Part shown: piece after piece, positions 58,490-64,000 of the stretch
How positions within the stretch are numbered: the stretch's first letter is position 1
How the letters are laid out: each line of letters opens with the position of its first letter
NCBI RefSeq assembly: GCF_009914755.1
Contig: NC_060937.1
Reading direction: 5' to 3' (one strand)
Length of the DNA stretch: 64,000 nucleotides
DNA from: the human T2T-CHM13v2.0 reference genome, Homo sapiens
Made by a program: the position numbers and the translations under genes
The notes under the pieces: generated by a model
Database searches by the model: none
What the model saw: the letters and a program-made list of their open reading frames with translations, nothing else
Told to the model about the DNA's origin: nothing

Positions 58490-58800
58490 AGCCAGGCATG
58501 GTGGTGCACACCTGTAATCCCAGCACTTTGGGAGGCCAAGGTGGGAGGATTGCTTAAGTCAGTTTCTGAGTTTAAGTTTGAGACCAACCTGGGCCACACA
58601 GAGAGACCCCATCTCTACAAAAAATAAAATATTAGTTGGGTGTGGTGGCACATGCCTGTGGTCCCAACCACTTGAGAGACAAAAGCTGGAGGATTGCTTG
58701 AGCCTGCAGGTTAAGGCTGCAGTGAACCATGGTTGTGCCACCGTGCTCCAACTTGGGGGATAAAGCAAAACCCTGTTTCAATAAAATAACAAATAAGTAA
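58490..58800 (+). mobile_element. AluJ-like element
   Basis: Diverged dimeric Alu with ggaggattgctt in both arms. Confidence 0.93.
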
Positions 58801-59976
58801 ATAAATTCCTCTTGAAAATGACTATCTATGTAGGGTTAGTGAAAGACTGAAACTATTTCATAGAAAATAAATAAGTTGCAGTAATGTGACTTTTGAAAAT
58901 GGTCTGCTCAAGCTGATTCTTAGTTGAAGCTAGGACACCACCCAAGCAACCTTTGAAGCTGACTCTCTGTTAAATAACCGACTCTCTATTATCTAACTCT
59001 CTCACAGACACTTCTGATATGTCACACATAAACTAATTAATGATTGAGATGCATATTCAGTTTTTATTGTAAGTAAATATTTTAATAAGTAAAATCTTGA
59101 AATAATAGCATGAAAATTTTAGAATTAATGCATACTTTTTTTTTATAAAACTAAATGATGATTAATTCAAGGTGATCCCAAAATCAGCACCTAAATAGAG
59201 AGTTGGGGAAGGGTTGAATGACAAAAATGTGAAAAACTTTCAACCCCAAAACATCTTTTATTCTCTTTCCTGCACCACTGTACTCTACTCATTGTTTTTT
59301 GTTTTTTCTCCTGTCTCTAGTCTCACTTTTATCTAATTTCTCCTTATCTTTCCCTGCTTTTTTCTCTTATCTCTTCCCCGATCTTTCTTATACTATTTTC
59401 TCCACTTTTCTATATAACTCCTTTCTCCTCTTCTGTTTCATGTCCTGCAAATTCTGTATTTTTATTACACTTTGGAAAAAAAAAGAAATGATAAACTTAA
59501 TGATGATTCTTATAATTAAGAAATAATTTTCGTAGATAAGGAAGGGTATGTTGCTAGCTATCACCCTAAGAGATGAAGAAGAGAAGAATGTTTCTAATGA
59601 ACTTCCCATTTAGAAACATCATTATTTGGGGAAAGACGAGCACTCAGATTTATGCCAGTATTTAGGTCATATTCCACTGAACCCCCTCTATTACAGACAT
59701 AGAGCTAAAATACTAAAATACCTAAGAAAAAAAGCCTAAAAATGAAAGGAAATTGTAGAGATACTGGCTGAGAGAGGTATACAGTGTATACATGGGATAT
59801 CTAAGTATTCTACCCTGTTTATACTGATTTTAATGTTGCCTTTACAGCCTGATTTATGCATGATGTAGGCAAATATTTTTTTCCCAAAGTACCAATGAGT
59901 ACTAACAGCTCACCTACCACAGGTTGATGATAACCCAATTTTTTTATACTCTAGGTATAGGTTTGCTTCTCCTATA

Positions 59977-60210
59977 TTATGTGATTTTTTAAAAAGAAAA
60001 ATATCAATATCAAAAAGTCATGCAATGAATATGAATATTGTGGAGAAAATATATAGCCTTCATAACCACTACATTACTAATATTGTGTTACTACTATTAG
60101 TATCACTACTGTTACTACTAAAAAGAGTTAAAGATTATTATGAGATTAAAATCTAGCAAACCAAGAGCAAAAATGCTTTAGAAGCCATTGTGCTAAGTGT
60201 GTATGTATAT
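59977..60210 (+). repeat. Copy 1 of a diverged ~230-bp local direct duplication (copy 2 at 62688-62910)
   Basis: Collinear shared anchors ttatgtgattttt, aatatcaaaaa, ctacattacta, attaaaatctag, attgtgct. Confidence 0.8.
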
Positions 60211-60712
60211 ATTCAATGTTTCAACTCGATTCCACTGAGCATACTTTGGAAGAGTGGAGGGATTCGCATCAAGTACAAACTAGAGAAATGGCAGTGAGAG
60301 CCAAGGACCAGTAATGGAGGTAGGGTTCGTTGTGACAAATAAAACATTTTTTGAAAAATGTGATGTCATTATCATACCCAACAAAGTTAATTCTTCATCT
60401 TTAATATTATCTAATATAGGATATATAGAAGAATTTCCCTGATTTCCCATAAATGCCTTTTTGAAAGGGGATTTATTTGTAAATAAATAAGTTTCAAATA
60501 AGTTCCACACATTCTGTTTGGCCATAGTACTTAAGTCTAATAATTCAAATATATATCTCTTAGGGCTGATAATTCAAATAGAACTCCAACTTTAGTTTAA
60601 CACCTTTGGTTTAAAATTTCTTAAATAATTGCTACATGGTATGTACATTAGAAGCAATATATTATTATCTATAATCTGGGCATTAATAAATTTATTTAAA
60701 AATTATTTTGGT

Positions 60713-61938
<1,226 letters not shown>

Positions 61939-62687
61939 AAAAATTATTTTGAAGAAAATGTAGAAATTATGCAAAAATATTTTGTTCTCAACATTAAAAA
62001 ATTCTCTCTTAAAGGGAAATGTGTACATACATTTCAAATATATTTAAATTAATGTATATATATTTATATAAGTTTTCCTACACTTAAAGTATGTAAAATG
62101 TTCTCATTCTTTGCTACCTCATTTTATTATCAGAGACAACATAGCTAATAGTAAGTATTAAGGCTTGGATAATCCAGTATGAATTTGAGTGTAGAAGTTT
62201 CAGAAAATAATTATGGCAAAATAAAATAATGTTCCAAACTATCACTTAAATTGAAAATATATGCAAATATATAATGGTCACACTTAAAAGAATATAAGAC
62301 CAGAGCAAATATGATCCTAAAATATTTTGCTTTCAGGGAAACCACACATAGCTCAATTTCATTAACAATTCCATAAGCTTAATTTATTTTGTCTGCTTTA
62401 TGCAATGAATGTGGTTTTTACAACAAAGTCTCACCAATCTTCATTACTGCCTGGTGATATGGTTTGGTTCATCACCAAAAGAAACCAAAGTGGAAAAAGA
62501 CTAACCATTGCACTGGATAATATGCAATGTAAGTGATGCTCAAGATTGTTTGAAAACCAGTTTTTTCAAAAATCAATGATGGCCATGTAAGTTATTTTAG
62601 TCCTTTGGTACAAATAACTATGTCCTTTAAAATGAATTGGTATAAAATTTCCTCCTGCCATCTCTGAGGGGTGTAAACAGTGTAAGT

Positions 62688-62910
62688 TTATGTGATTTTT
62701 AAACACAAAAATATTAATATCAAAAATCTTTCAAGAAATATTTTGAAGAAAATGTATAACCTTAATAACAGCTACATTACTACTAATATTACTACTACTA
62801 ATATTACTACTATTACTAAAAGGAATCAAAAAGTATCCTGAAATTAAAATCTAGAAAATTCAGAGAAAATTTGCTTTCAGAGCTATTGTGCTTATTGTGT
62901 ATATATGTAT
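62688..62910 (+). repeat. Copy 2 of the diverged local direct duplication
   Basis: See 59977-60210. Confidence 0.8.
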
Positions 62911-62999
62911 GTATGCATGTATGTATGTGCATGTTAGTTTGTAGTTTGGTATTCTAATTTTTTAATTTATAATAAGGCACTCAGGCAATGAGGACAGGA

Positions 63000-64000
<1,001 letters not shown>

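Overview
AT-rich, repeat-dense, apparently gene-free primate (human-like) genomic DNA. I find no credible protein-coding exon; the long ORFs are pieces of Alu, L1, THE1 or other repeats. The window holds about 10 Alu/FLAM copies, a TSD-bounded old L1 (L1PA15-17-like) with four nested insertions, a two-LTR THE1A MaLR provirus, near full-length Tigger1 and Hsmar2, several solo LTRs, decayed ERVL internal sequence, MIR/L2 relics and microsatellites. The most notable items are: (1) a single TSD-bounded insertion joining a whole antisense tRNA-Glu(CTC), apparently with its CCA end, to a 5'-truncated L1PA, which fits twin priming in trans on a tRNA; (2) a 63-bp, 60/63-identical inverted repeat around a 366-bp spacer in sequence I do not recognise as a repeat; (3) a retroposed 5' half of tRNA-Thr; (4) fold-back-derived insertions in the THE1A, one giving three E-boxes. 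Subfamily names come from my recollection of consensus sequences and need RepeatMasker/Dfam confirmation.
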